From Actinomycetes bacterium (GTDB lineage Bacteria > Actinomycetota > Thermoleophilia > Gaiellales > F1-60-MAGs149), in NCBI GenBank assembly GCA_025360225.1, contig JANYCN010000029.1, forward strand, positions 36,792-100,791: 64,000 nucleotides of DNA. Reading direction: 5' to 3'. Positions 40,346 through 49,270 of this stretch are shown here, one piece after another (within the stretch, counting starts at the first letter, position 1; every line of letters starts with the position of its first letter). The notes beneath the pieces were generated by a model. That model was not told the origin of the DNA, searched no databases, and was given only the letters and a program-made list of their open reading frames with translations. Made by a program: the position numbers and the translations under genes.

Positions 40346-41320
40346 CTACGTCTGCCCAGCGGTTGGATCCTCCGCCCGAAGCTCGTCGAGCTGTGTGCGG
40401 AGCCGCAAGCCGCCCGCCCCGGCGAGGATCAGGAGCTCCGAGACGGTGATCACGACGCGACTCAGCACGACGACGACGAGCGCGCCGCCGTCGGACATCA
40501 CGGGCGTCAGGAGCGCGAACATCGCTCCCTCACGAGCTCCGAGACCGGACGGGGTGAAGAACGCGAGCACCGTGACGATCGCGCCGATCGCGCCGACGCC
40601 TGCGACGTAGAGCGTCTCCTTGACGAAAGAGATCGGCTCGACGGCGCGGATCAGGCACACGAGCGACACACCCGAGAGCACCCAGGTCGCCGCGTAGTAG
40701 GCGAGGATCAGGAACGCCTTGCCGATCGGTAGGCGTGGGATCGGGTCCTTGCCGAGCGGGCGCAGCACGCGATCGGCGATCGGGCCGTAGATGCCGGGAT
40801 GCAGCGCGACGAGGAGGCCGCTTGCACCGACCGCGAGCGCCCAGACGGGAACCGGGGTGTTGACGGAGTCATGGAACGCCAGCGCGCCGAGGAACACGAG
40901 GACGCCAGCGATCGCCGAGAGCCCGGCCTCGTACCCCACGGAAGCCAGCACCGGGCCAGGGGGGAGACCGTAGCGCTGGCACATGAGGACGCGCGCGGCT
41001 GGCGTCCAGACTCCTCCGGGCAGGTACTTCGCGAGCATCGAGACGATATCGGCGAGCACGGCCTGGCGGTAGCTGATCGGCTGCCCGAACGCACGCAACA
41101 CCATCCGCCACCCGACGATGAAGAGCAGGTAGTAGGCGGTGATCGTCGCGAGACCGGCGGCGAGCCACCCGTACCGCAACGACGCGAGCCGAGGGCGGAT
41201 CTCGTGCCACGAGTGCGCGAGCTGGCGACCGAACAGCACCGCAACCACGCACACGCCGACGACCTGAAGGATGATCAGCGCTAGCTGCTTACGGCTGCGC
41301 GGGGAGGAACCTTCCGCCAC
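40346..41320 (-). CDS. UPF0104 / lysylphosphatidylglycerol-synthase-like (MprF flippase-type) transmembrane protein
   Basis: 324 aa, about 8 TM segments. N-terminal K/R-rich region followed by LALIILQVVGVCVV...HSWHEI.... Confidence 0.7.
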   Translation of the reverse strand: MAEGSSPRSRKQLALIILQVVGVCVVAVLFGRQLAHSWHEIRPRLASLRYGWLAAGLATITAYYLLFIVGWRMVLRAFGQPISYRQAVLADIVSMLAKYLPGGVWTPAARVLMCQRYGLPPGPVLASVGYEAGLSAIAGVLVFLGALAFHDSVNTPVPVWALAVGASGLLVALHPGIYGPIADRVLRPLGKDPIPRLPIGKAFLILAYYAATWVLSGVSLVCLIRAVEPISFVKETLYVAGVGAIGAIVTVLAFFTPSGLGAREGAMFALLTPVMSDGGALVVVVLSRVVITVSELLILAGAGGLRLRTQLDELRAEDPTAGQT

Positions 41321-41435
41321 GGGAGGGGATCGTAGCGGCCCGCGTACCGCGTGGCGGTGACGACCGCTCGGGCCGGCTTGACGTCCGCTGCCGGACCGGT
41401 CACGATGGAGCCTTCAGCGACATCGGAGGTGGTGG

Positions 41436-42920
41436 ATGGCTACGGTCGAAGCAGGTGCAGCCGGCGAGAAGGGACTGCGGGGCGGCACGCTCGGGTTTCT
41501 CAGCGGCGTCGTGATCGGCGTCGCCTCGACCGCTCCCGGGTACAGCCTTGCCGCCAGCCTCGGTCTGGTCACTGCCTCGGTCGGGCTGCAGTCGCCGGCG
41601 GTGATGCTGCTGGCCTTCGTTCCGATGCTCTTCATCGCAGCCTCGTACTACTACATGAACCGCGCCGATCCCGACTGCGGCACGACCTTCTCGTGGGTCA
41701 CGCGAGCGATGGGACCGAGGCTTGGCTGGATCGGCGGGTGGGGAATCCTCGCGGCGGACATCCTCGTCATGCCGAGCCTCTCGCAGATCACGGGCGCATA
41801 CTTCTACTCGCTGATCGGCGTCGACAACCCGTCGCGTGGGGCTGTGCTCATGGTTGGCGTGATCTTCATCGTCCTGATGACGCTGATCTGCTACGTCGGC
41901 ATCGAGGCCTCCGCTCGGCTCCAGTACGTGCTGCTCGCTGCTGAGCTCGTGATCCTCGTGATCTTCTCGATCGTCGCGCTCTACAAGGTCGGCACGCAGG
42001 ACATCAAGGGCTCCTTGACGCCGACACTCTCGTGGCTGAACCCGTTCAGCGTCTCCGCTTCCTCCCTCTCAGCAGGCATCATCACCACGATCTTCATCTA
42101 CTGGGGCTGGGACTCGACGGTCACGGTGAACGAGGAGTCGACGGACGCGACCGAGGGGCCCGGCCGGGCCGCGATCATCTCGACCTTCGTGCTCGTCGCG
42201 ATCTACGTGATCGTCTCGATCGCCGCGCAGGCGTTCCATGGCGCGGACTTCCTGACGAAGCACTCCGACGACGTGCTCGGCGCCCTCGGCAAGGACGTCC
42301 TCGGTTCTCCGTGGGACAAGCTGCTGATCATCGCTGTGCTCACGTCGGCGGCTGCGTCGACGCAGACGACGATCCTCCCGACGACGCGCACGGCCCTCTC
42401 GATGGCGACGAAGGGCGCTGCGCCGGCGTACTTCGCTCGCGTCCACCCGCGCTTTCTGACGCCCTCCACCTCGACGATCTGGTTTGGGATCATCTCGATC
42501 ATCTGGTACGTCGCCCTGACGTACCTCTCGGAGAACATCCTCGCCGACTCGATCACCGCGCTCGGGCTGATGATCGCGTTCTACTACGGCATCACCGGCT
42601 TCGCCTGCACGATCTTCTACCGCCGCGAGCTGACGAAGAGCGCGAAGAACTTCGTCATGATGGGAGTCGCTCCCGTGCTCGGCGGTCTCATGCTGACCTA
42701 CGCGCTCGTCCGGTCGGCGATTGACTACGCCGACCCGGCGAACTCCTCCAGCGGCGCGTGGTTCGGGCTCGGCGTGCCGTTCGTCCTTGGCATTGGGACG
42801 CTCGCGATCGGCTTCGTCTTCATGTTCGCGTGGCAGTTTGCGAGCGGCTCGCCGTTCTTCCGTCGACGACCGGAGGTGTTCGTCGACCCGGCGGCGACGA
42901 CACCGGATGGGGTGGTCTGA
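41436..42920 (+). CDS. APC-superfamily amino acid/polyamine permease
   Basis: 494 aa, 12 TM segments. ...GVASTAPGYSLAASLG... and ...FIYWGWDSTVTVNEES... are typical APC patterns. Confidence 0.85.
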   Translation: MATVEAGAAGEKGLRGGTLGFLSGVVIGVASTAPGYSLAASLGLVTASVGLQSPAVMLLAFVPMLFIAASYYYMNRADPDCGTTFSWVTRAMGPRLGWIGGWGILAADILVMPSLSQITGAYFYSLIGVDNPSRGAVLMVGVIFIVLMTLICYVGIEASARLQYVLLAAELVILVIFSIVALYKVGTQDIKGSLTPTLSWLNPFSVSASSLSAGIITTIFIYWGWDSTVTVNEESTDATEGPGRAAIISTFVLVAIYVIVSIAAQAFHGADFLTKHSDDVLGALGKDVLGSPWDKLLIIAVLTSAAASTQTTILPTTRTALSMATKGAAPAYFARVHPRFLTPSTSTIWFGIISIIWYVALTYLSENILADSITALGLMIAFYYGITGFACTIFYRRELTKSAKNFVMMGVAPVLGGLMLTYALVRSAIDYADPANSSSGAWFGLGVPFVLGIGTLAIGFVFMFAWQFASGSPFFRRRPEVFVDPAATTPDGVV

Positions 42921-43336
42921 TGGCCGGCGAGATCGTCCTTGGCTACGACGGGTCGCCGAACGCTCAGGCCGCGCTGGCGGAGGCGGCGTCGCTCGCCGTA
43001 GCGCTCGGGGCGTCGGTCGTCGTCGCCTTCGGCTACGAGGTCTGGGCAGCCGGCGGCGAGACCGCCGACCACAAGGCCGCCGTTCAGGCGATCGGTGATC
43101 GTGCTGCGGCAGACGCGCTCGGTCGTCTCGCTGCTGCCGGCGTGCACGCCGAGACGGCCGTCGTCGCGGAGCGCCCGGCGGACGCCCTCGTGCGCGTTGC
43201 GGAGGAGCGCGGCGCGCGGATGATCGTCGTCGGCACGCACGGCGAAGGGCCGATCCGCGGTGCCCTGCTCGGCTCGGTTGCCTACAAGCTCCTGCACCAG
43301 TCAACGGTGCCGGTGCTGGTCGTGCCGGAGCGGTAG
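42920..43336 (+). CDS. Universal stress protein (UspA family)
   Basis: ATG overlaps the permease stop (TGATG). IVLGYDGSP...VVGTHGEGPIRGALLGSVAYKLLHQSTVPVLVVP ATP-binding motif. Confidence 0.88.
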   Translation: MAGEIVLGYDGSPNAQAALAEAASLAVALGASVVVAFGYEVWAAGGETADHKAAVQAIGDRAAADALGRLAAAGVHAETAVVAERPADALVRVAEERGARMIVVGTHGEGPIRGALLGSVAYKLLHQSTVPVLVVPER

Positions 43337-43346
43337 GGACGGAGCA

Positions 43347-43388
43347 TCGGCCACGCCAAACGGATTCGCGCCCGTTTGGCGTGGCCGA
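43347..43388. terminator. Perfect 17-bp hairpin between convergent usp and tal (bidirectional terminator candidate, no U-tract)
   Basis: TCGGCCACGCCAAACGG-N8-CCGTTTGGCGTGGCCGA, read directly. Confidence 0.5.
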
Positions 43389-43392
43389 CGAC

Positions 43393-44484
43393 CTACGCGG
43401 CGACGCTGTGGCGCTTGGCGCGGATCGCGTCGATCATCCCGTCATACGCCTCGGCGAACGCCTTGACGCCCTCATCCTCGAGGGCCGTCGTCACCGCTGA
43501 CAGGTCGACGCCGGCGTCTGCCAGCGCGGCGATCTCGGCGCGCGCGGCATCGACGTCCTGGTCGATCGAGCGATGCGGGTTACCGCCCGAGCGGAACGCC
43601 TCGAGGGTGACGTCCGGAACGGTGTTCACCGTGTCCGGGCCGATCAGCTCGTCGACGTACAGCGTCGCCGGGTAGGCCGCGTTCTTCGTGCCGGTCGACG
43701 CCCACAGAGGGCGCTGGACGTTTGCGCCGGCTGCCGCCAGTCGCTCCCACCGCGGGCCAGAGAACGTCTCCTGGTACACGTCGGCGTAGGCGAGCTTGGC
43801 GTTCGCGATGGCGATCCGGCCGCGTAGCGGCGAGCCCTCGGGCAGCGCCGCGTCGATCTTCGAGTCGATGCGGGAGATGAAGAAGCTTGCGACCGAGTCG
43901 ACGCCTGTGAGGTCGCCGCCGGCGGCGTGACGCTCCTCGAGACCGGCGACGTAGGCGTCGGCGATCTCCTGGTAGCGCGCGCAGCTGAAGAGCAGCGTCA
44001 CGTTCACGGAGATGCCGGCGGCCGTGAGCTGGCGGAAGGCGTCGACGCCGGGCGCGGTGCCCGGCACCTTCACCATCAGGTTCGGCTTGCCGACGGCGCC
44101 GTGCACCTCGTGGGCGCGGCGAACGGTGCCGGGCCCGTCGAAGGCGAGGTCGGCCTCGACCTCGAGCGAGACGAACCCGTCGCGTCCGCGCGAGCGCTCC
44201 CAGACGCCATGAAAGGCGTCGCAGGCGCGCTGGATGTCAGCCACTGCAGCGCGCTCGAAGATCTGCTCCGGCGTCCACTCGGCCGGGGCCGAGGCGATGT
44301 CGGCGTCATACAGATCGGACTTCAAGACGGCATTCGCGAAGATCGACGGGTTTGAGGTGCCGCCGGTCACGTTGTCCTCGGCGATCACGCGGTCGATCAG
44401 GCCCGACGCGAGAGCGGGCCGGGCGACGTTGTCATACCAGACGCTCTGTCGGAGGTCTGCTAGCGCATTCCACTTGCTGGTCAT
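43393..44484 (-). CDS. tal: Transaldolase
   Basis: ...VTGGTSNPSIFANA... and ...LMVKVPGT... (Schiff-base Lys). 363 aa, actinobacterial long form. Confidence 0.93.
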   Translation of the reverse strand: MTSKWNALADLRQSVWYDNVARPALASGLIDRVIAEDNVTGGTSNPSIFANAVLKSDLYDADIASAPAEWTPEQIFERAAVADIQRACDAFHGVWERSRGRDGFVSLEVEADLAFDGPGTVRRAHEVHGAVGKPNLMVKVPGTAPGVDAFRQLTAAGISVNVTLLFSCARYQEIADAYVAGLEERHAAGGDLTGVDSVASFFISRIDSKIDAALPEGSPLRGRIAIANAKLAYADVYQETFSGPRWERLAAAGANVQRPLWASTGTKNAAYPATLYVDELIGPDTVNTVPDVTLEAFRSGGNPHRSIDQDVDAARAEIAALADAGVDLSAVTTALEDEGVKAFAEAYDGMIDAIRAKRHSVAA

Positions 44485-44515
44485 GTCCCTCTCCCTGGGG
44501 TCACTCCCAGTCTAC

Positions 44516-44860
44516 TCACCGGCGTCTAGAACGCACGGGCGATCGCCAGCATTGCCTACTAGCATTGCCGGTTCGGCGACGTCGCCCTCGAGCCGGTAGA
44601 GCCGACCCGTCGTTGCTGCAACGCAGCGCGTTCGCGGCCACGCGGAGGCGCTCGACCGCCCCGTCCGCGAGCGTCACCGCCGATGGCGCCCCACCGATCC
44701 AGATCGCCGCCAGCTCCGACGACGGGAGGGGTGCCGGCGCGAGCACGGGTGTGGTGGTCGTCGGCGGGAGCGCGGTGGTCGTCGACCGGAGCGTGAGATC
44801 GCCGTAACCCGCTGCCGCAAGCGTGCCAGCGACGGCGATGATCGAGATCGGGTAGCGCAT
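44516..44860 (-). CDS. Hypothetical small secreted protein; C-terminal third doubtful
   Basis: N-terminal signal-like MRYPISIIAVAGTLAAAG and a Pro/Thr linker with high GC3. The last ~30 codons have low GC3, are Arg-rich, and overlap a direct repeat upstream of tal. Confidence 0.35.
   Translation of the reverse strand: MRYPISIIAVAGTLAAAGYGDLTLRSTTTALPPTTTTPVLAPAPLPSSELAAIWIGGAPSAVTLADGAVERLRVAANALRCSNDGSALPARGRRRRTGNASRQCWRSPVRSRRR
44548..44569. promoter_or_regulatory. Direct repeat AGCATTGCC-TACT-AGCATTGCC, 64-85 nt upstream of tal
   Basis: Read directly. A 9-nt unit repeated with a 13-nt period in a locally lower-GC patch. Confidence 0.3.
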
Positions 44861-44934
44861 CGGACATCCGACGGGTCACCTCCTCTATGCCTGCTGGCCG
44901 TCGTCGGTTCCCGCGCTTGGTAGGGTCTCACACG

Positions 44935-46392
44935 ATGAACCTCTCGGAGTACGCGTCCTGCGACGGCCTCGCGCTGGCCGACCTCGTCCGAACGCGGCAG
45001 GTGTCGGCCGCCGAGCTCGCGGCGCTGACCGCGACGGCCAGCGAACGCGTCGACGCGTCGATCAACGCCGTCGTTGAGATCTACGAGGATCGGGCGAGCG
45101 GCGTTGACGAGTCGACGCTCGGCGATGGCCCGTTCCGCGGCGTGCCGATCCTCTTCAAGGACCTCTATCACGGTGAAGGTGGACGGCGCTGCGAGAACGG
45201 CAGCCGTCTCTCGGCTGGCTGGACGGTTGATGCCGACTCGCGCGCCGTGACGGCCATCAAGGCTGCCGGGTTCGTGCCGCTCGGGCGCACGACCACGTCG
45301 GAGTGGGGGATCATGGGGACAACGGAGACCGCGCAGTGCGGGCCGACGTCGACGCCGTGGAGCGATAGCCACATCGCCGGTGGGTCGAGCGGCGGCGCTG
45401 GGGCCGCGGTCGCGGCTGGCATCGTCCCGATCGCGACGGCGAGCGACGGCGGCGGCTCGATCCGGATCCCCGCCTCATGCTGCGGCGTCGTCGGGTTGAA
45501 GCCGAGCAGGGGCCGGGTGTCCTTCGGGCCGGAGACGTTCGACCCGCTCTCCGGGTACGCGGTGAAGCTCGCCGTCAGCCGCACCGTCCGCGACACGGCC
45601 GCCTACCTTGACGCTGTCGCAGGCGCTGCTGCCGGTGACCCGTACGCGATTGCCGGACCGGCTCGGCCGTACCTCGAGGAGGTCGGCGCCGACCCGGGAC
45701 GCCTGCGGATCGGCTTCTGGAGCTCGCCGTGGTCGGGCGCTGATCCGCTCGCCGAGGTGGTTGCGGCGACGAGCGCCACGGCGGCGCTCCTCGAGTCGCT
45801 CGGACACCACGTCGTCGAGGACCGCCCGGCTTTTGACTGGGAGCCGTTCCTCGACGCGATGACGGCGATGTGGTCGGCGAACACCTCGTCGGGGATCGAC
45901 GCTTTCGCAACGCTCGTCGATCGGGTGCCGGGGCCCGACAACCTCGAGCCGGCGAGCTTCGCGATGCTCGAGTACGGTCGAACCGTCACGGCGCACGAGT
46001 TGCTCGATGCGCTGGCGTACGGGAACGTCGTCGCCCGGCGCTTCGCCGCGTACTTCGCTCGCTTCGACCTGCTTCTCACACCGACGCTCGGCCACCTTCC
46101 GGAGCCGCTTGGCATCTACCCGGCGAAGACTGACATCACCCCGCGCGAGGCGTTCGACATGTGGGCGCATAACGAGTCGTTCCTGCCCGCCTTCAACTGC
46201 ACCGGGCAGCCGGCGATCAGCCTTCCCCTGCACCAGTCGAGCGGTGGCCTGCCGATCGGGATGCAGCTCGTGGCGCGCCAGGGCGACGAGGCGACCCTGA
46301 TTCGTGTCGCCGCGCAACTGGAGGAGGCATCGCCCTGGATCGACCGTATGCCGCCGGTGCACGCGGGGCGGTCGGAGGGAGGGCGCAGATGA
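44935..46392 (+). CDS. Amidase (amidase-signature family)
   Basis: GGSSGGAGAAVAAG signature. 485 aa. The ORF-track start at 44887 was trimmed to MNLSEYAS.... Confidence 0.88.
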   Translation: MNLSEYASCDGLALADLVRTRQVSAAELAALTATASERVDASINAVVEIYEDRASGVDESTLGDGPFRGVPILFKDLYHGEGGRRCENGSRLSAGWTVDADSRAVTAIKAAGFVPLGRTTTSEWGIMGTTETAQCGPTSTPWSDSHIAGGSSGGAGAAVAAGIVPIATASDGGGSIRIPASCCGVVGLKPSRGRVSFGPETFDPLSGYAVKLAVSRTVRDTAAYLDAVAGAAAGDPYAIAGPARPYLEEVGADPGRLRIGFWSSPWSGADPLAEVVAATSATAALLESLGHHVVEDRPAFDWEPFLDAMTAMWSANTSSGIDAFATLVDRVPGPDNLEPASFAMLEYGRTVTAHELLDALAYGNVVARRFAAYFARFDLLLTPTLGHLPEPLGIYPAKTDITPREAFDMWAHNESFLPAFNCTGQPAISLPLHQSSGGLPIGMQLVARQGDEATLIRVAAQLEEASPWIDRMPPVHAGRSEGGRR

Positions 46393-47345
46393 GCAACTGG
46401 GCGCACCTCACGCCGGCAGAGGCGCTTGGTCGCGCGCGCACCCTCGACCAGCTCGCGGACGGCTCGGGCGTTTTCCTTGGCGCGGCTGCTGATCACCGCG
46501 ACGCGTTGCGCGCCGTCCTCGCTCGACGCGGGCTCACCGTCGACGATGCCACGGTCGGCTCGTTGAAGGCGCAGGTCGCTCGGTCGCTTGCGGGCGCCGC
46601 GAGCCTGCTGCTGCTCGATATCGAGCTCGGCCTGCCCGCGGCGATCGAGCAGGGCGCGCTCGGCGGCACGACCGCGCTCGTCGTGCCGCTCGAGGCGCAG
46701 GGCTACGGCGACGTCGCGACGATCGCCGAGACGACCCTGATGGAGGGGTGGTCGCCGGCTGCGGCGCGCAGGGTCGGTGCGGCGGCCTGCAAGCTGCTGC
46801 TGCCGTTCCGGGTCGACGTGCCCGACCAGGCGGAGCGCCAGGTCGCGGTCGCGGCTCGCTGTGCTGATGCCTGCCGGGCGGAGGGCACGGTCCTGATCCT
46901 CGAGCCGATCGTGTACACGCGGGCGGGGGAGACGCACGCGCCGGAGCGGTATTCGGAGCTGGTGGTGGAGGGCGCGCGGCGCCTTGCGGCGGTCGATCCC
47001 GGACTCCTGAAGGTGCAGTATCCCGGGTCGCTGGCGGCCTGCGCGGCGCTCGACGAGGCGTGCGGGCGGGCGACCCCGTGGGTGCTGCTCGGCGGCGGTG
47101 CCTCGGAGGAGGTGCTGGTCGAGCAGATCGAGCACGCCTGTGACGCCGGCGCGAGCGGCTTCATCGTCGGACGCACGCTGTGGTCGGACGCGATCGTCCC
47201 CGACGTCGCCGAGCGCGACCGCATTCTCGCGGAGCGGCCCGGTCCGCGGCTCGCCCGCCTTGCGGCGATCGCCCGCGGGCGTGCCACGCCGTGGCGCGCG
47301 CGGGTCGGCGCGCTGCCGGCGCTTGGCGACCCGCGGGCGGGGTGA
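46389..47345 (+). CDS. Class I aldolase of the DeoC/LacD family, paralogue 2
   Basis: ATGA overlap with the amidase stop. Collinear similarity to 9257-10216 (..AACKLLLPFR.., ..LILEPIVY.., ..GFIVGRTLW..). Confidence 0.72.
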   Translation: MSNWAHLTPAEALGRARTLDQLADGSGVFLGAAADHRDALRAVLARRGLTVDDATVGSLKAQVARSLAGAASLLLLDIELGLPAAIEQGALGGTTALVVPLEAQGYGDVATIAETTLMEGWSPAAARRVGAAACKLLLPFRVDVPDQAERQVAVAARCADACRAEGTVLILEPIVYTRAGETHAPERYSELVVEGARRLAAVDPGLLKVQYPGSLAACAALDEACGRATPWVLLGGGASEEVLVEQIEHACDAGASGFIVGRTLWSDAIVPDVAERDRILAERPGPRLARLAAIARGRATPWRARVGALPALGDPRAG

Positions 47346-47353
47346 CGCGCGTC

Positions 47354-47381
47354 GGGCCGCCCGGAATGATCCGGACGGCCC
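47354..47381. terminator. Hairpin between convergent genes (GGGCCGCCCGG-N6-CCGGACGGCCC)
   Basis: An 11-bp stem with one mismatch, read directly. Confidence 0.4.
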
Positions 47382-47405
47382 AACCACGGGGTCGAGGCTG
47401 GGAGG

Positions 47406-48656
47406 CTAGCCGAGCTTCTTCGTCGCGATGATGCCGGAGGCGAGCGCATCGCCGGTGTCGTACATGTGCGCATAGGCGAGGCGGGCATCGGAGGCCGCGG
47501 TGGCGTAGTCGCCCGCGGCGTAGGCCTTGATCGTCGCGAGCAGCTTGTCGACGTGCATCCGCAGCGCGCCGGTGACGGCGGCGACGGGCAGACCCGTCGC
47601 GCCGGCGAGGAAGGCGCCGTGCTCAGCCACGTAGCCGTCGAGCCCCTTCGTGGCGGCATCCTCGCCCGTCGTGTCGCTCTTCGCGAGCGCGATCGTGTAG
47701 TTCACGAAGAACCCGATGTGCGCCCGCCACTGGGCGAGGAACGTGTCGCGCGCCTGCGGGCCGAAGGCCGAGCCGATCAGGTCAGCTAGGGCGACCGTGT
47801 TGTCATCGAGCGCCGCGGCTGCGGCCTTGAAGTCCGGGCTCCCGCGGAACCCTCGCTCCATCGCGACGATCGCGAGCGAGGCGTGCTCCGCCAGCAGGTT
47901 GTCCAGCTCGACGCGCAGGCTCGCGGCGTCGCCGTCGGTCATCCCGAGGCCCTTCTGGGTCGCGATTGCTCCCGCGAGGACGTCCCCCACCGTCCCGATG
48001 TGCGTGTACCCCGCCGTCGCGCTCGTGTACGAGCCGGTGTAGTCGCCCTTCGCGAAATCGTCCACGATCGCCGCCGTGTGTTCGATGTGCATCCCGAGCG
48101 CGCCGGAGACGGCAGAGGCCGGGAGCCCGGTCGCGCCAGCGAGGAAGGCGCCGAAGTCCTTCTGGTACGCCGCGAGTCCGACGAGCGCCGCCTTCTTCGC
48201 CGCGTCGTCGTGCTTCGAGACGGCGACCGTGTAGGCGACGAACTCGCCGTTGTGGGCGGCCCACTGCGACGCGAATGTCGACCGCGCCGCGGGGCCGTAG
48301 AGCGATCCGATCGCGGCCGAGAGGTCGTCGGTGTTCTGACCGAGCGCACCGGCGACCGCCTTGAACTCGGGTCCGCCTCCCAGGGCGACCTGGGTGGCGT
48401 CTGCGGCGATCAGCATGTGCTCGCCGAGCAGTCGGTTGAGGGCCACGCGAAGGTCGACCGCGCCCCCGAAACCGGGCTTGGCGTCCACCGCGGCCGCTGC
48501 CGTTGTCATGGGCATGGTCGTCATTGTCGAGCTGGCCGGGGGTGCCGCGGAGGGTGTCGCAGCCGTTCCGCCGCCGCACGCTGCGAGGGCGCCGCCGCCG
48601 ATCGCGATCGCCGCGATCGCGGTTCCGTGCCTGATGATCTGTCGAGATACGCTCAC
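47406..48656 (-). CDS. Lipoprotein with two tandem ~170-aa helical repeats (function unknown)
   Basis: Lipobox LAAC|GG. Residues ~70-240 and ~245-415 align with each other, with conserved L..EH, W.AH.G.FV.YT, GAL.MH and Y.H positions. Confidence 0.8.
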   Translation of the reverse strand: MSVSRQIIRHGTAIAAIAIGGGALAACGGGTAATPSAAPPASSTMTTMPMTTAAAAVDAKPGFGGAVDLRVALNRLLGEHMLIAADATQVALGGGPEFKAVAGALGQNTDDLSAAIGSLYGPAARSTFASQWAAHNGEFVAYTVAVSKHDDAAKKAALVGLAAYQKDFGAFLAGATGLPASAVSGALGMHIEHTAAIVDDFAKGDYTGSYTSATAGYTHIGTVGDVLAGAIATQKGLGMTDGDAASLRVELDNLLAEHASLAIVAMERGFRGSPDFKAAAAALDDNTVALADLIGSAFGPQARDTFLAQWRAHIGFFVNYTIALAKSDTTGEDAATKGLDGYVAEHGAFLAGATGLPVAAVTGALRMHVDKLLATIKAYAAGDYATAASDARLAYAHMYDTGDALASGIIATKKLG

Positions 48657-49016
48657 GAGACTCTCCTATGCCGGTGTGGCAGGTAGTTGGCATCTCGTGT
48701 TCGCCGGAGCGGCGTGATCGGTTCAGACGACCAGTCAAGCGGCAAGGCCGCTCGTCGGCGGGCCGGCAGGGCCCGGTAGCCGGGATTGCCGACGCCCGGC
48801 GCCGTTCGCTCCACGGGAACCGTGGGAGGGCGGTCCGAACGGCGGCGGAGCCCTGATCGCGCGGATCGGTAGCGACGGACAGGCGCGGTGGTCTTCTGCG
48901 ACGAGACGATCGCGGCGCTCATCCGCCTGGGTGTCGCCTGACCGGACCGATCCCAGACGAGCTGATCGATCAACTGCTGGGCGGCGATCACGATCCGTCC
49001 GATCCGACCGGAACCC

Positions 49017-49049
49017 ATCAAAAGCGAAGACCCCCGGCGATACCGGGGG
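49017..49049 (-). terminator. Intrinsic terminator after tRNA-Leu(GAG)
   Basis: On the minus strand, CCCCCGG-TATCG-CCGGGGG followed by TCTTCGCTTTTG. Confidence 0.6.
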
Positions 49050-49058
49050 CCTCCGTCA

Positions 49059-49142
<84 letters not shown>

Positions 49143-49189
49143 GTGGACTCGCATCGTAGCCGATCCCGCTCACCGCTCGTCGGTTCCCC

Positions 49190-49219
49190 TTGCGTTCCGT
49201 CCGAGGACCTGCTTACACT
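49190..49219 (+). promoter_or_regulatory. lexA promoter candidate (TTGCGT-18 nt-TACACT)
   Basis: The hexamers were read directly, immediately upstream of the SOS box. Confidence 0.45.
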
Positions 49220-49226
49220 ACGCATG

Positions 49227-49240
49227 CGAACAGATGTTCG
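49227..49240. promoter_or_regulatory. LexA operator (SOS box) CGAACAGATGTTCG
   Basis: A perfect palindrome matching the Gram-positive/actinobacterial CGAAC-N4-GTTCG consensus, 31 nt upstream of the lexA start. Confidence 0.85.
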
Positions 49241-49270
49241 TCTCGCCGATCGAGGAGAGGACCGTACACC

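Noticed and set aside
48900-49020. Possible gene relics: an IS256-like transposase N-terminus (IPDELIDQLLGGDHDPSD, plus strand) or a Rossmann-type start (MGSGRIGRIVIAAQQLIDQLV, minus strand).
   Set aside because: Both readings come from the same ~70 nt on opposite strands. Each is too short (about 20 aa) to be significant, and neither continues into a recognisable domain.
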